From assembly GCA_008690995.1 (NCBI GenBank), contig VRMN01000018.1:62001-126000 (forward strand): DNA of 64,000 nucleotides, read 5' to 3'. This document shows, one piece after another, positions 1 through 11,300 of the stretch. The notes under the pieces were generated by a model. It worked only from the letters and a program-made list of their open reading frames with translations. It was not told the origin of the DNA and did no database searches. Source of the stretch: Porphyridium purpureum. Its lineage: Eukaryota. How positions within the stretch are numbered: position 1 is the first letter of the stretch; every line of letters begins with the position of its first letter. A program made the position numbers and the translations under genes.

Positions 1-2
1 AG

Positions 3-368
3 GCGATGAACGTGTCTTTTGCAGTGTCAGATCTTGAAAATCTCAGCGGCAGCTACGACACGGTATTCTGCATTGACGTGATGATCCACTACCCGGATGA
101 GAAGCTCAAAGAAATGATTTCGCATCTGAGCAATTGCGCAGAGCGAAGAATGATCATCACGTTTGCGCCCTATACCATTCTGTTGGGCATGCTCAAGTCG
201 TTTGGCAGCTTGTTCCCGGGGCCGAGTAAGGCCACACGAGCGTATTTGCACAGTGAATCGTACGTGGAAGGCATTCTCAAGGAGCTTGGCTGGCAAGTGA
301 AGCGCAGGGACTTTGTGAAGTCCAAGTTCTACTTTAGTACAATTCTTGAGGCTGTGAAGCAAGCGTAG
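3..368 (+). CDS. CHLM: Mg-protoporphyrin IX O-methyltransferase, C-terminal part (5'-partial)
   Basis: YDTVFCIDVMIHYP, GPSKATRAYLHSE and FYFS motifs of the ChlM C-terminus; frame is open to the window edge. Confidence 0.9.
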   Translation, partial: AMNVSFAVSDLENLSGSYDTVFCIDVMIHYPDEKLKEMISHLSNCAERRMIITFAPYTILLGMLKSFGSLFPGPSKATRAYLHSESYVEGILKELGWQVKRRDFVKSKFYFSTILEAVKQA

Positions 369-497
369 AGATCCTGCCATCCCAAATAAAGAGTGCATGC
401 GAGAGAGAAGAATAGAAGAAGGATGGGGACGGAACGAAACTGATGCAGCGCGAGAGGACTGTTCCTTGTTTTCTGCGCGCTCGGTACGCTGTGAATC

Positions 498-1781
498 TCA
501 CCGCGTGTCACGCTCTCCGCCATGGCCGCCGGTCACATCCACTGCAAAGTCGAGCGGATTCGCCGGTTGTCCTCTCTGCACATTTGCGCGCCGCGATGGT
601 GCCGTGGTCCCTAAGCGCGGCGCAAAAAGCCCGACACGTGAGTGCACGCGGCTGATGGCCGTGTCGGCCCCATACCCGGACTCAAAGTAAGGTTGGACAC
701 CTTCTCCCGCGACTCCTGACTCATCATCATCATCCAAGTCCACAGCATCATGGTCCACCGTACTGGAGGCTTGGACTTGGTTCTGCTGCGGATGGCGTGG
801 TCGCTGCTGTTGTTGAAACCAACGTGTGCCGAGATGAAGTCTGGGCGCCGAGAGATCCGCAGAAGAGGGAATATCGTGCGGAAAGGATCCGTCCGATAGC
901 CCGTCTTTTGCCATACGTTCCTGAAAGCGCGTGGCAAAAAAGCCAACAAGCGCGTTCCCCGACCATACACACGAGCCCAGAGTCCCGGCAACAAAGAATG
1001 AGCTCGACATGTCGGACTCGATGTGGCTGATGAGAATCGACACCAACAGCAGCAAGCCGCCCACAAAGTGGGACAGCAAAAGAGCCTTTTTAGACATGTG
1101 CGTGGCGGAATAAAGCATGCAGTACGAGAGCACGGCCGATCCTAGGAATAGCGCTCCGAGGCATCGAATCAAATGGATATTCACACCGTTCGGGCGCTCG
1201 GTGCTCATGTACAGCACGTAGACCCACTGCGGGAATGCATAAGCTGCAAGGCCAAACCCGAGCGTTCCAAGGAAGTCAAGGTGCAAAAAGATATCATAGT
1301 CAGCGAGCGACACCCCGCCAGCCGTTGTGAAGGAGAAGAAAAAGTAGAGCAGCGGCAACGTCCAGAGCAGCACACCCAGCAGAACAAACTGCACGTGCCG
1401 CAGCGTCCACTCGCTGTAGTGCACTTGTGCGTACAAGAGTGCAAGCAGCAGCGACGCGTTGCTGAACAGGCGCGAGCGCACCGATGCCTCGCGATCAGTG
1501 AGGTCGATGGACAGGTGTGCGGAGAAAAACGCAAAGGCGGCGTGCGCCGCCTGCACGGCCCCGAGCGCGCGATTCAGCTGCTTGCTGTACGGATCAACAT
1601 TCTGCACGTTCGTGAATACCCACAGCGGCACGCTGGGCATCAAGAAGAGTGTGGCAGCCGACAGCGCGCACACCGCGGCGTCGGCGTACACAAACGACTG
1701 CTCGCCGCGCGCTATCGAAGCCAGGAAGCCCGCCACCGCAACCAAGCTCAGCGGGTTCAGCCATGATGACGCCAGCGCCAT
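498..1781 (-). CDS. Hypothetical polytopic membrane protein with an acidic/disordered C-tail
   Basis: Long ORF with about 8-9 hydrophobic segments, apparently two similar halves; first ATG is at 1781 (the track start at 1802 is GTG). Confidence 0.7.
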   Translation of the reverse strand: MALASSWLNPLSLVAVAGFLASIARGEQSFVYADAAVCALSAATLFLMPSVPLWVFTNVQNVDPYSKQLNRALGAVQAAHAAFAFFSAHLSIDLTDREASVRSRLFSNASLLLALLYAQVHYSEWTLRHVQFVLLGVLLWTLPLLYFFFSFTTAGGVSLADYDIFLHLDFLGTLGFGLAAYAFPQWVYVLYMSTERPNGVNIHLIRCLGALFLGSAVLSYCMLYSATHMSKKALLLSHFVGGLLLLVSILISHIESDMSSSFFVAGTLGSCVWSGNALVGFFATRFQERMAKDGLSDGSFPHDIPSSADLSAPRLHLGTRWFQQQQRPRHPQQNQVQASSTVDHDAVDLDDDDESGVAGEGVQPYFESGYGADTAISRVHSRVGLFAPRLGTTAPSRRANVQRGQPANPLDFAVDVTGGHGGERDTR

Positions 1782-2148
1782 CCGTTCTTCGCTCGCATCC
1801 ACCGCGCCACCGCCGGCGCATCCCGCAGTCCCGCCACCGCTTCCGCGTGCCCGCGTGCCCGCCTGCCGCTACACCGCGCACACACGCGCCGCTCACGCCA
1901 GCAGCGTCATCCCGGACGCCGCTTTGTTCATCCGGGATTGAAAGATGTCATGCCGGAGCTTCCGCGATGCCATTGTCATGCGCGCGTGACGAGCGCGGAG
2001 TGTACCCCGAGGTACACCTCGGCGCTGTGCGCGCGCGTTTGGGGAAGCCCGGGCGGTGCGGTGGTGGAGCAGCGACACGAGAGGCTTGGGAGCGCGCGGC
2101 GACGCAGCTGGGCGGCGCACGTAGAGCGCGGGGAGGGCGGCGGGGGAT

Positions 2149-5100
2149 ATGTCGGAAGATGGCGCAGATGTAGACGGCATGTTGCTGGATCCCGCGGCGT
2201 GCGCGCGGCTGCGCAGCATGTGGGAGCTGCCTGCAACGTTCTACCTGCTGCGCACCTGCTCGGTGCTGCTCAACGTCCCAGCGGCAAAGCTGGGCTCCGT
2301 GAAGCAGCTGGAGGATACGCTGCTTCTCGCATGCAGCGGAGCGGGCGAGCAGGATGAGCAGGACGTCGAGGTGGCCAGGAGCACGCTGCGCTTTGTGCTG
2401 TGCAAGCTGCTTGGCGTCACCGTGGGCCGTGCGGAGCAGGATGACCAGGCGTGGCTCAAAATGCTGCGGCGGCACATCAACAGGAACCTCTACTTTTTCG
2501 AGGACACGCTGCGCGAGACGCGCCATGCACTACTGCTGCAGAAGAGAAAGGCAGTGGAGAGGCACAGACACAACGAAGACGGCGACTCATCGTTTGCTAA
2601 CGACGAGGACAGGGACGAGACAGACGACGATGAAGATGGTCCTCGTGAAGGCGAGCGCTCTGGTGATGACGAGGCGGAACAGGAAGAAGCGGTTGATGAC
2701 TTTCTGTTGATCCAAGAGCTGCGAGAAATTTCGAGCGCGCTCACTCAATCATACGAAGAGCTTGTTTCAATAGGCGGCGTCACAATGCTCAAGATGTTGT
2801 ATGTCGTGACGGAAGGCGTCTGCACGGACGAAAGGCTGTTCGGTGAAGCGCTGCGCACCATGGACCCGGAAATATTTCGGATTGAGCCCATTGGCTACGA
2901 CGCTAGGGGCCGCTCCTTTTACTTGTTTGGCGATGACATGCGTTTGTACGTGGAGAACGACGTGCGAGAGCAGATGGACGAGCAGCGCGCCAAAAAGGAG
3001 GAAAAAAAGAGAAAGGAACGGGAAGATCGCAGAAAGCAGAGCATGGAGATGGAACAGAAGAAGCGCGCAAAGGGCAACGAGTCGCGGTGGGCGCCGCGAG
3101 TGGCCGCCACGCGAACAACACGAGCGTCTCTGGCTGCAGGCTTGCTTCCTGATGCCGCAAGCGATACGCAAAGTATACTGAATCATGATCAAGACCAAGG
3201 GGGCGCGGTCGCGTCTGCGCACTCATTTGATGACGAGGACGAAAATTCGAGGAATCTGGACGAAGCATCTATTGACTTCACAGAAGCGGCAGCTGACCAG
3301 GCTGAACCCCCGGACGGCGACGTCAATTCTAGCTGGCAAGTGGTCGCCCTCGCTGCTGCAGAGCTGAGAGCCTTTGTTGACGGCTTGGAGAAATCCAAGA
3401 ACAGGAACGAGAAGGCCCTGAGAAAGTATCTTGTCGAGTCTATTCTCCCCGAGTGGGAGAGCGCAGAAAAGAAGCTCCACCGTGAGCGAGATCGGCGTGA
3501 ACGCGTGAAGGAAATGGCAGTCGTACACGAAGTCCGCTCGTCACGGGTCAAGCTCTTGCAGGAGCGGAAGGAAGCGGAACGGCTTCGGCAACTGGAGCTA
3601 GAGGCCGAAGAGCGGGAGCGGGCTGCCGAGCACGCGCGTATACGCAAGGTGCGTCGCGAAGAGCAGGAGCGCATGGAACGCGAGCGTGCCGCCGAAAAGG
3701 AGGCACAGGAGCAGCGCGTGGCCGCTCAAGTCAGCCGGAACCTCGAGTCGCTGTTTGCCGCGCATGACCTGGCGCGCGGAGCACCTGGCACTGCGCCAGA
3801 GTCTGGTGCTTTGAAGGCCACTCAACAGACTGTCGCGTGCGATGCAGGAATTGTTGAACCAAGCTCCATGGCGAGCAGCCTCGCTCCCGCGAGCGCCGAA
3901 GTCGCAGCCGGGGCTCGGACTGAAGCTGGGAGTGGTGTCGATCAGCAACCTAGAGAAGATGACCAAGGGCTCGGCGAGTGGGGTGCCTACTTGGCCAAGC
4001 GGTTGCCTAAGTTTAAGGCACCTGCAGACTCCGATGCATCAGTTGAATTGGCGGAGAGCGAGTGCCCGGCGGAACTAAACTGGACGTCTCCCTCGGGTGA
4101 CGACGGTCCCGAGCGGGTGCTCGACAACTTTCGCGTTTTCTACGCGGCGAGCGGTGATCTCGCCAAGCTAGAAATGGCCGACCAAGTGGAAGATCTCGTG
4201 CATGGGCCACGTGCAATGACCGTGACAGGAACCTTATTCCCGCCACCGAAGTCCGAGCTGACCGTGGCCCCTCGTATGATCCGCATTTGCGGGATCGAGG
4301 AGTGGGTTTTGGACTTGGGCCATGACCCTATCATGTATGTGCGCACGGCATCGGCGTGGTACCGGTTGCGCCGGCCGTCAAAAGACTACAAGTGGGTCTT
4401 CATGACCGCGCGGCGCAAGTTTGAAGTCACCGCTCGTATATTTATTCTGGCCGATCAACTGCCGTTGTCGCAACTTCGGTACGATGTGGTAGTGCCATTG
4501 CTCGGAGCGTCGTACACAAATATGCGCAGCTACAAGGAGGCAGAGGTTATCCTGGAAGCTTCTTTTGTAGTGGAGCAGGTGCGCAATTTAAAGCACAAAG
4601 CGCTACTCAACAGTCAGCTTTTACAGAAGCTTGAGCAGATCGCAAAGAAGAGCACGCCGCGCAAATCTGGACTCACGCTTGCGAGAAAGAGACGTTTACC
4701 TATGCCTCCGACACCTCGTCGTGTCCAAGTCGCCGCCGCCCAATCCCTCGTCGAAGCTGCTGCCGCTGATTCAGCTGCCCCAGAAGCGGATGCTCCCGTG
4801 ACTGAAATCGCATTGACAGCCACGGTGGAAAATGGACTTGCACATCCAGCTGAATATACTGAAGTAATCAGGTCCATGTGCAGTGCAGAATCGGCACCGA
4901 AGAAATCTATCGAAAGATCGAAACTGCAGACTCTGGAGGTCATGGGATCACCGGATCAGCATACCGTGTACAAAGCCGAGATCAAAGATCTCAAAGTGAT
5001 GCCATCGCGTGATGGAGAAACAGGCGGTCATGCGGGTGAGATGCCGATAAGTGAGCCTTTTCAATCGACCGTTCATCGTGATCTGGCTGCAGATGCGTCA

Positions 5101-5466
5101 GGTCCCGTTCATGCGACAGCTTCGACTGGCCGCAAGACGTTAACAGGGCCAGGCGGTGTTCCCGATGGCGTCTCGTCTGAGAAGAGAAGCAAGGCAGAGG
5201 GCGACTGTGGAGAGCCGGTCATGAAACCAGAGCCGCATGAGCATCTCGCAGGGAGTCAGCACGTGCCGCCAGAAAAACGAAGTGAAGAGGTCGTAGCGAT
5301 ACCGAATGGACTGCGCAACGACAAGGCGGTCCCGGTTATCACCCAGTCTGTCCCTAGTCTTCAGCGCGAACCCAGGAACGGCGGCCGCGACATTGCTCAG
5401 GAACTCGCGTTGAAATGCGAATCTGAAGGGGATGGACACCAACATGTCCAGCAAGTTCCCCAGTGA
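2149..5466 (+). CDS. DDT/WHIM (ISWI-partner, RSF1/DDR4-like) chromatin protein with a coiled coil and an RFTS (DNMT1-RFD)-like domain
   Basis: LRSMWELPATFYLL (DDT-like), RIEPIGYDARGRSFYLFGDDMRLYVE and WQVVA..L..F...LEKSKNRNEKAL (WHIM/WSD), IEEWVLDLG...YVRTASAWYRLRRPSKDY (RFD-like). Confidence 0.7.
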   Translation: MSEDGADVDGMLLDPAACARLRSMWELPATFYLLRTCSVLLNVPAAKLGSVKQLEDTLLLACSGAGEQDEQDVEVARSTLRFVLCKLLGVTVGRAEQDDQAWLKMLRRHINRNLYFFEDTLRETRHALLLQKRKAVERHRHNEDGDSSFANDEDRDETDDDEDGPREGERSGDDEAEQEEAVDDFLLIQELREISSALTQSYEELVSIGGVTMLKMLYVVTEGVCTDERLFGEALRTMDPEIFRIEPIGYDARGRSFYLFGDDMRLYVENDVREQMDEQRAKKEEKKRKEREDRRKQSMEMEQKKRAKGNESRWAPRVAATRTTRASLAAGLLPDAASDTQSILNHDQDQGGAVASAHSFDDEDENSRNLDEASIDFTEAAADQAEPPDGDVNSSWQVVALAAAELRAFVDGLEKSKNRNEKALRKYLVESILPEWESAEKKLHRERDRRERVKEMAVVHEVRSSRVKLLQERKEAERLRQLELEAEERERAAEHARIRKVRREEQERMERERAAEKEAQEQRVAAQVSRNLESLFAAHDLARGAPGTAPESGALKATQQTVACDAGIVEPSSMASSLAPASAEVAAGARTEAGSGVDQQPREDDQGLGEWGAYLAKRLPKFKAPADSDASVELAESECPAELNWTSPSGDDGPERVLDNFRVFYAASGDLAKLEMADQVEDLVHGPRAMTVTGTLFPPPKSELTVAPRMIRICGIEEWVLDLGHDPIMYVRTASAWYRLRRPSKDYKWVFMTARRKFEVTARIFILADQLPLSQLRYDVVVPLLGASYTNMRSYKEAEVILEASFVVEQVRNLKHKALLNSQLLQKLEQIAKKSTPRKSGLTLARKRRLPMPPTPRRVQVAAAQSLVEAAAADSAAPEADAPVTEIALTATVENGLAHPAEYTEVIRSMCSAESAPKKSIERSKLQTLEVMGSPDQHTVYKAEIKDLKVMPSRDGETGGHAGEMPISEPFQSTVHRDLAADASGPVHATASTGRKTLTGPGGVPDGVSSEKRSKAEGDCGEPVMKPEPHEHLAGSQHVPPEKRSEEVVAIPNGLRNDKAVPVITQSVPSLQREPRNGGRDIAQELALKCESEGDGHQHVQQVPQ

Positions 5467-5843
5467 TACGTCTTTGCGCTCGGCTGCGCACAATTCTTGG
5501 CATAGGACAGAGTCAGGACGCGGACGCGGAAGACGTCGCTGAAATAAAACCTTGTCCTGCGGACGAAGTGCGGAAAGCTCATGTCCACGGTCCTTGCCGA
5601 GACTAATCACTTGTCACACTAGCAGCTTAGAAGGAGTGAGTGGGCCAGCTCGCCTGGGTGTCCGCGGCACGACCATATCTCTTCATCCAGGGGGGGCATA
5701 CGCCTCACCTCTGGTCCCAATGCGGTCGAGCCAAAAGGTTGTGCGAGGCGTTTCTTCGAGGAAGGTCGCCCGGTCAGGCGTCAGCCGGCACTTCGGAACT
5801 GAAAGACTGTTTGGATTATAGGCTTGTTGAGGCTGAGTCTGAG

Positions 5844-7061
5844 ATGCATGCCATGGCAAAGATGCAGGCTCCCGCATTGGCTTTCCGCGCGCTGACGCTG
5901 GCTCGGGGCTCGCAGCCGTTTGATTCGATGCGGCGAGCGTCTGCGCGCGGGCTGCGTATCGCTTGGACGACGCAGCGTGCGGCACATGGGCAACTCCCAG
6001 CCGATGAGCAGGAAGGCCGACCGAACTTTGCAAAAAACGCGGGATCTTTGGGGCACGAAATCGGAGGGGAACAGAGCAAGCGCCCCGTGGAAAGCACGCG
6101 CGACGCGCAGCTGCCAGACTGGTTAGCCCACTTGCGACACCAGGCTGAACAAGTGCTTGCTCGCGTAGAGCCCGTGCAACAGAAATGGAACGAGGTCAAA
6201 GTATCGCCGTACGGCAGACTGATGCGACTGGACAAGCCGATTGGCAGTGGACTTTTATTCTGGCCCGGAGCGCTGTCGATCGCAATGGTCGCACCGCCAG
6301 GTAGTTTGCCGAGTGCGGGTCTACTGTGCTCATTTGCTGTCGGGTCGGTGCTTCTTCGCGGAGTGGGTTGCACGGTAAATGACATATTGGACCGCGATAT
6401 CGATGCGCGCGTCGAGCGCACTAAGAACCGTCCTGTAGCAAGCGGTGAGGTGTCGGTTCCGCAAGCTGCAGCGTTTGCGGCTGCGCAAGCCATTGCCGCC
6501 GCCCCGATTCTGCTTTTCATGAACCCGTTGACTATCGGAATGGGCATTGCGTCATTGGTGCCGGTCGGTTTGTACCCTCTCGCCAAGCGGCATGTCCCCG
6601 TACCGCAAGCGGTGTTGGGTCTGACTTTCAATTGGGGTGCGCTGCTGGGGTGGTCCGCAGCCACAGGCAGTCTAGCAGTCACGCCGTTACTATTATATGG
6701 GAGCTGTGTTTGCTGGACCATGGTGTACGATACCATTTACGCGTTCCAGGACAAAGAGGAGGACCGTGAGCTTGGCATTCAGTCCTCGGCGCTCTTCTTC
6801 GCCAACGATGGCGCTCAGGGTAAGCGTTGGCTGTCCGCCTTTGCAGCAGGGCAGATCTCGCTTTTATCCCTGTCTGGCTGGATGGCTCAGCAACCTGAGC
6901 TTTTCTATGTGGGCGTGGCCTGTGCTTCAACGCATCTATTTCAACAGATCTACTTGACAGATCTGAACAACAAGGAAAGTTGCATGAAGGCGTTTAAATC
7001 CAATAACTACCTCGGCGTCGGAATGTTTGCTGCAATCGTCATTGGCAACCTCATGAGGTGA
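5844..7061 (+). CDS. COQ2: 4-hydroxybenzoate polyprenyltransferase, mitochondrial
   Basis: LMRLDKPIG, NDILDRDID..VERTKNRP, LGLTFNWG and YDTIYAFQD motifs; N-terminal presequence-like region. Confidence 0.95.
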   Translation: MHAMAKMQAPALAFRALTLARGSQPFDSMRRASARGLRIAWTTQRAAHGQLPADEQEGRPNFAKNAGSLGHEIGGEQSKRPVESTRDAQLPDWLAHLRHQAEQVLARVEPVQQKWNEVKVSPYGRLMRLDKPIGSGLLFWPGALSIAMVAPPGSLPSAGLLCSFAVGSVLLRGVGCTVNDILDRDIDARVERTKNRPVASGEVSVPQAAAFAAAQAIAAAPILLFMNPLTIGMGIASLVPVGLYPLAKRHVPVPQAVLGLTFNWGALLGWSAATGSLAVTPLLLYGSCVCWTMVYDTIYAFQDKEEDRELGIQSSALFFANDGAQGKRWLSAFAAGQISLLSLSGWMAQQPELFYVGVACASTHLFQQIYLTDLNNKESCMKAFKSNNYLGVGMFAAIVIGNLMR

Positions 7062-7122
7062 CTGCTCCTTCGCCTTGTTTTGCGTTCCTTTCTTAGGCGT
7101 TGGTGAATGATTTGCGTGATGC

Positions 7123-8211
7123 TCACACATCGTATGACCCGTCTTTCTGTTGCACATCGTACTTTTCTAGCTCGTTCAAATCATCCGAAGATCCGAGAAA
7201 CAAAGGCAAGCGCTGGTGCAACGCCGCCGGTTGAATTTCAAGGATGCGGCGCTTGCCGTCCGAACCCCTACCGTGCGCTTGCTCTGCGATGAAAGCGAGT
7301 GGGTTTGCCTCGTACACTAGGCGCAAGTGGCTCCTTGGGTTGCCTGCCCAGCCACCAGTGTACAGTGTGCGATGAAAGTCAGCCACCAGCGAGCACACGT
7401 ACCGTGCGCTATATTTTTTCCCTGCATTCTCGCCCTTTCCTTGGCGAATGGTATCAATGTAGTCCTGGAGTCCCTTTGGCCAGTCAAAGTACCGCGCGTC
7501 GTTCAAAGAATACACCTGACCACGCTTGGGCATGTGGATGGACTCTGAAGTGCACACGAATCGGCGCGTCTGCCAATCGACTGTGAAGATATGCGCGCCA
7601 CTGCCCGTGGTAAGTACCATTTGCGTGGCTGATGAGAATAAAATGTAGCCTGCTGCCACTTGATTTATGCCGGGCTGCAGAACGTTGGCCTCGACACCCA
7701 AGTCCGGCCTATACGCGTAAATGCCGAAAATGGAACCTGTGGGGATGGACGACTCGATGTTTCGAGAACCGTCTAAGGGATCAAAACAAACTACGTAGCT
7801 CGGAATGCCGACATCACCGGGCCCTATCGTTGAAGGGATTTCCACAGGCTGCTCATCCTCCTCAGACGCCATGACCGACACGCAACCGCTGGCTTCACAC
7901 GCCCTCTTGAAAGCATGATTGGCGATCACGTCGAGCTCCTTTTGCGAGTCTCCGGATGCATTCATACCGGCGGCGTGCCCCTGGATTTTTGTGATCGGCG
8001 CCGCGCCAATTTGCTCTGCGAGCTCAATCGCCACGTTCTGCAGAGCATCCACCACTTTCCGCAGGTTTGGCTCCGGAATACACCGCCGGCTCCATGCATC
8101 AAAAAACTCGGCCTTGACGAGCACTCTGCGCTGTCGTGTCGGGCATCGCTGCGGCCGTACCGACCGCGCACGCCCCGATGTCGTCCCGACAGTGCCGATA
8201 AACGCGACCAT
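7123..8211 (-). CDS. FBP: Plastid fructose-1,6-bisphosphatase, FBPase-II-like form
   Basis: SEED, FDPLDGS, SARYVCSLVADFHRTL and LRLVYEANP motifs; MVAF.. transit peptide. Confidence 0.9.
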   Translation of the reverse strand: MVAFIGTVGTTSGRARSVRPQRCPTRQRRVLVKAEFFDAWSRRCIPEPNLRKVVDALQNVAIELAEQIGAAPITKIQGHAAGMNASGDSQKELDVIANHAFKRACEASGCVSVMASEEDEQPVEIPSTIGPGDVGIPSYVVCFDPLDGSRNIESSIPTGSIFGIYAYRPDLGVEANVLQPGINQVAAGYILFSSATQMVLTTGSGAHIFTVDWQTRRFVCTSESIHMPKRGQVYSLNDARYFDWPKGLQDYIDTIRQGKGENAGKKYSARYVCSLVADFHRTLYTGGWAGNPRSHLRLVYEANPLAFIAEQAHGRGSDGKRRILEIQPAALHQRLPLFLGSSDDLNELEKYDVQQKDGSYDV

Positions 8212-8327
8212 TTTTGTTGGGGTCGCTCATGCGCAAACTCCGAACGCTGAAGTGCAACGCACGAGCTTGACTGCTTCGGAAGGAAAAGCGAAGGAGAGGG
8301 AGAGAAGGGCAGCGCATCGGACCGCAC

Positions 8328-11300
8328 ATGACGACTAAGGTATGGCGCACGTTGGCGCCCGAAATCGAGGATGCGATCCAGGATGCACGCGCGGACGGAC
8401 GGGCCAGCGCGGCGTGCATGTGCGGCACGCTCGCGGCCACGGCGTGCGGCTGGACTGTGTACGTGTACGAGCGCCATACGCCGAGCAAGGTACTGGCGCG
8501 CTTGGAAATTCCCGCTGGATCGTCCGACGACGTATGGAGCAACACTGCGCATGACTTTTCTAGTGCTACGAGAACGCTCACACCAAAGCCCACGCTGGTG
8601 ATTTGCCTGTTTCGGCCGTCAGACGCGCACTCGGAGCTAGCACTTGCTGTGCTAACACCATCAGGTCTGTTGCGAATATATTCTAGTATAGATTGTGCAA
8701 CCGCAGAGCCAGATTTTGTCGAGTGCGACACAGGCTTGACTGACTGTGCCAGGATGAGTAGCTGGCAATGTGAACCCGACCGCGTGATATTACTTGCCGC
8801 ATCCGTTTCAGCGCTATCTGGTGGGATCGGTGTGAAGTATCGCGACGGCCGTCTTGAGCTGACCGTACTGCGTGTAGGAGAAGCCAGAAGCCTCAGCGGT
8901 CCCCATGGCTCTCGCCGAGGGCTTCGTAGTCTCTTTTCGGGCGGATTGTTCGGCCAGGGCGGTGGCAGTGATCAGACACCCGCGCCACAGCCAGTGAAGA
9001 ATGAGGAGCAGGGAGGCGTACTCCACGTTGCCTCGCGTCTTGTTTCTCTTTTGGGAGTTGCGCCACAATATTACTTGGCCGTGCACGCTGCAGGTGGCCT
9101 GGAAAAGTGGAGTGTCGACCAGTCGGAGCGAATCACGCGACTGTCGGTGTCAAACATTGCGGCAGACACGCGGCGCTTTTTATCCTCTCACGTTTTGGAC
9201 TCTATGGGCATGTATGAGGTCCTCGGAGCGTGCTCTTTACCACCGGGGCATGGACATGTGGACTGCATTACTGCTGTATTGGTTGGGTTTTCTGCCACAG
9301 AGCAAGGACGGGTTCACTTGTACGTGGTCCAAGTTGACACGAGCAGTGGTGAGAGCCCCAAAATATCTCAGGCTGACTTTGTCGGGATCGTAGAACCGCA
9401 GTGGAGGGCAGAAAACGTATCGGAGCAAGCTCAAGCAGTGGCCTTTGTTGTATCCCAGCAATTCGCCTACGTCGTGTTGGGTAGAGAGATGAAAATTTTG
9501 TGGGTGTCTGTTACACCAGGTGTGCCATCCGAAGACCAGGTGCGAGGCAGCACAAGCTTCCAAGTTTCTTATTCAGCAGGACTTTTGCAAGGCGCCTATG
9601 TGCTAGGATGGGGCGATGCCAGCGCTAAGGGGGCCCTGTATCAAGGGGGCTTGGAGATGGCACCTTTGGTTCTGTTTCTCAACGGGGCGGTGCTCAACTT
9701 TGGATGCGGACTGTTTCCTCCAGTAGAGCGTCCAATCGGGATATCCATACGTAGTGCGGTCGCGATGATTTACTTGCAGTATAGCGCGACATTGATCAGG
9801 CCCGCGCGGCATTCGTTGGCAAGCGTGTGGACCGATCACAACTTTCAGAAAGAACTTGGCACAGCTGTGGAGGATCTGAGTCACTTAATCTCCGACTGTG
9901 GTAGCGATGTTCTCCGTTCTACGTGTCGCTACGTCCACACAGCCAGTGGAGGCGCAATAGACACGTTCGCATCGGCACCGGAACGGGCCACACCCCATAC
10001 TGCGGAAACATCAGCTTTCTCTCTTCTTGGGCACCAGCAGCAGGTTGTGCTCGTGACAAGCGAGATGATCAGCGTCGCCGTAAAGCATTTCTCCGTGCTG
10101 CTGCAAATGCTGCATGACCGTCGCTTGCTTGAAGGCATTGGCAGCAGCTCAAGCTCTGAGTCTGCTCCTGTTTTGTGGTACGTCCTCGACACACGTGGCA
10201 AATCAGTGCTTATGAGCTGCTTCGGTGAGCTGTGCGCTGTGCGAAGTCTGCGAAAACTGACAGAAATGTGGAACTCAAAGCGAGCGGGCGCGAAGGCGCC
10301 AGACGCTGCGTTGGTATTTGAAGCGCTCGACGCTCTCGAGCAGCGGTCCGCGCGCGGCGTGAGCGTATACGCCCACCCCGCGGGCGTCTACGAATTTGTC
10401 GAATGTGTTGTGGAAGGATTGCGCGACCGCATGCTCCCCGCGGGTGCCCGCATTGGCGCAAACGAAAGGGGGGCTCTGACGCAGTCATACTCGAGCACTG
10501 CGGATGCGGTGCGAGTAGTCCTTGAAGGCTTTGTACAGTCGTGGCACGAGGCATCCATTCCGTCGCAGGCAATCTCTGAACTAGTGCCCAGCTACCGGGC
10601 GTGCTCAAACGAGTTTCTGCACACATGCTGTGAGGTGCTTTGCTTTGCGACCAGTATTGTTGGCGATGTCGAATATGAAAGCAACAGTGGCGAAAGCGAT
10701 ACGAAGAGCACCTATCTTACCCTGGCCGCGGCGACGTCCCATCTCTGCAAATCAATTTTGCGTCTCGCGCAGATGCTTGCAGAGGGACCGGAGAAGAGCG
10801 AAATTCAGGGGCGCTGCATCAAAGTCCTGTTGAGCTTAGGTTTGGCAGAACAGGCACTGGAGTGCACCTTTGAATTTCACATTCAAGAGTTCGTAATGCC
10901 TTTATGTGTTCCCAAGTCGCTTCGGTCAAAGGAAAGGGACTTTGGTTTGCACGCAAGCAGCGGCTTCCAGCACGACGCGCCGGCGCGACTGCAATGCGAG
11001 AAGCTTCTGATTCGTGCCGCGGAGACGTTCGGCGAGCGCGCGTTTTGGCCATTTGCGTTTCAGTGGCTGGAAGTCAACGGATACTTTCACTTACTGCTAG
11101 ACCGCACGTCCGAGCCGCAACTCGAGGCGTTGACGCGGTACTTTTCGCAACCGGAGCGGGAGATGAAGTCAAAGGTTGGCTGGGTGCATGACCTACGCAT
11201 GCAGCGGTATGATCAGGCCGCGGCAGGCGCTTTGCACGTGGTGCGCCGTCTCTGGGTTCCCGGGCAGCAGGGCTCCTTCTCTAACGCAAAGACGATCCTG

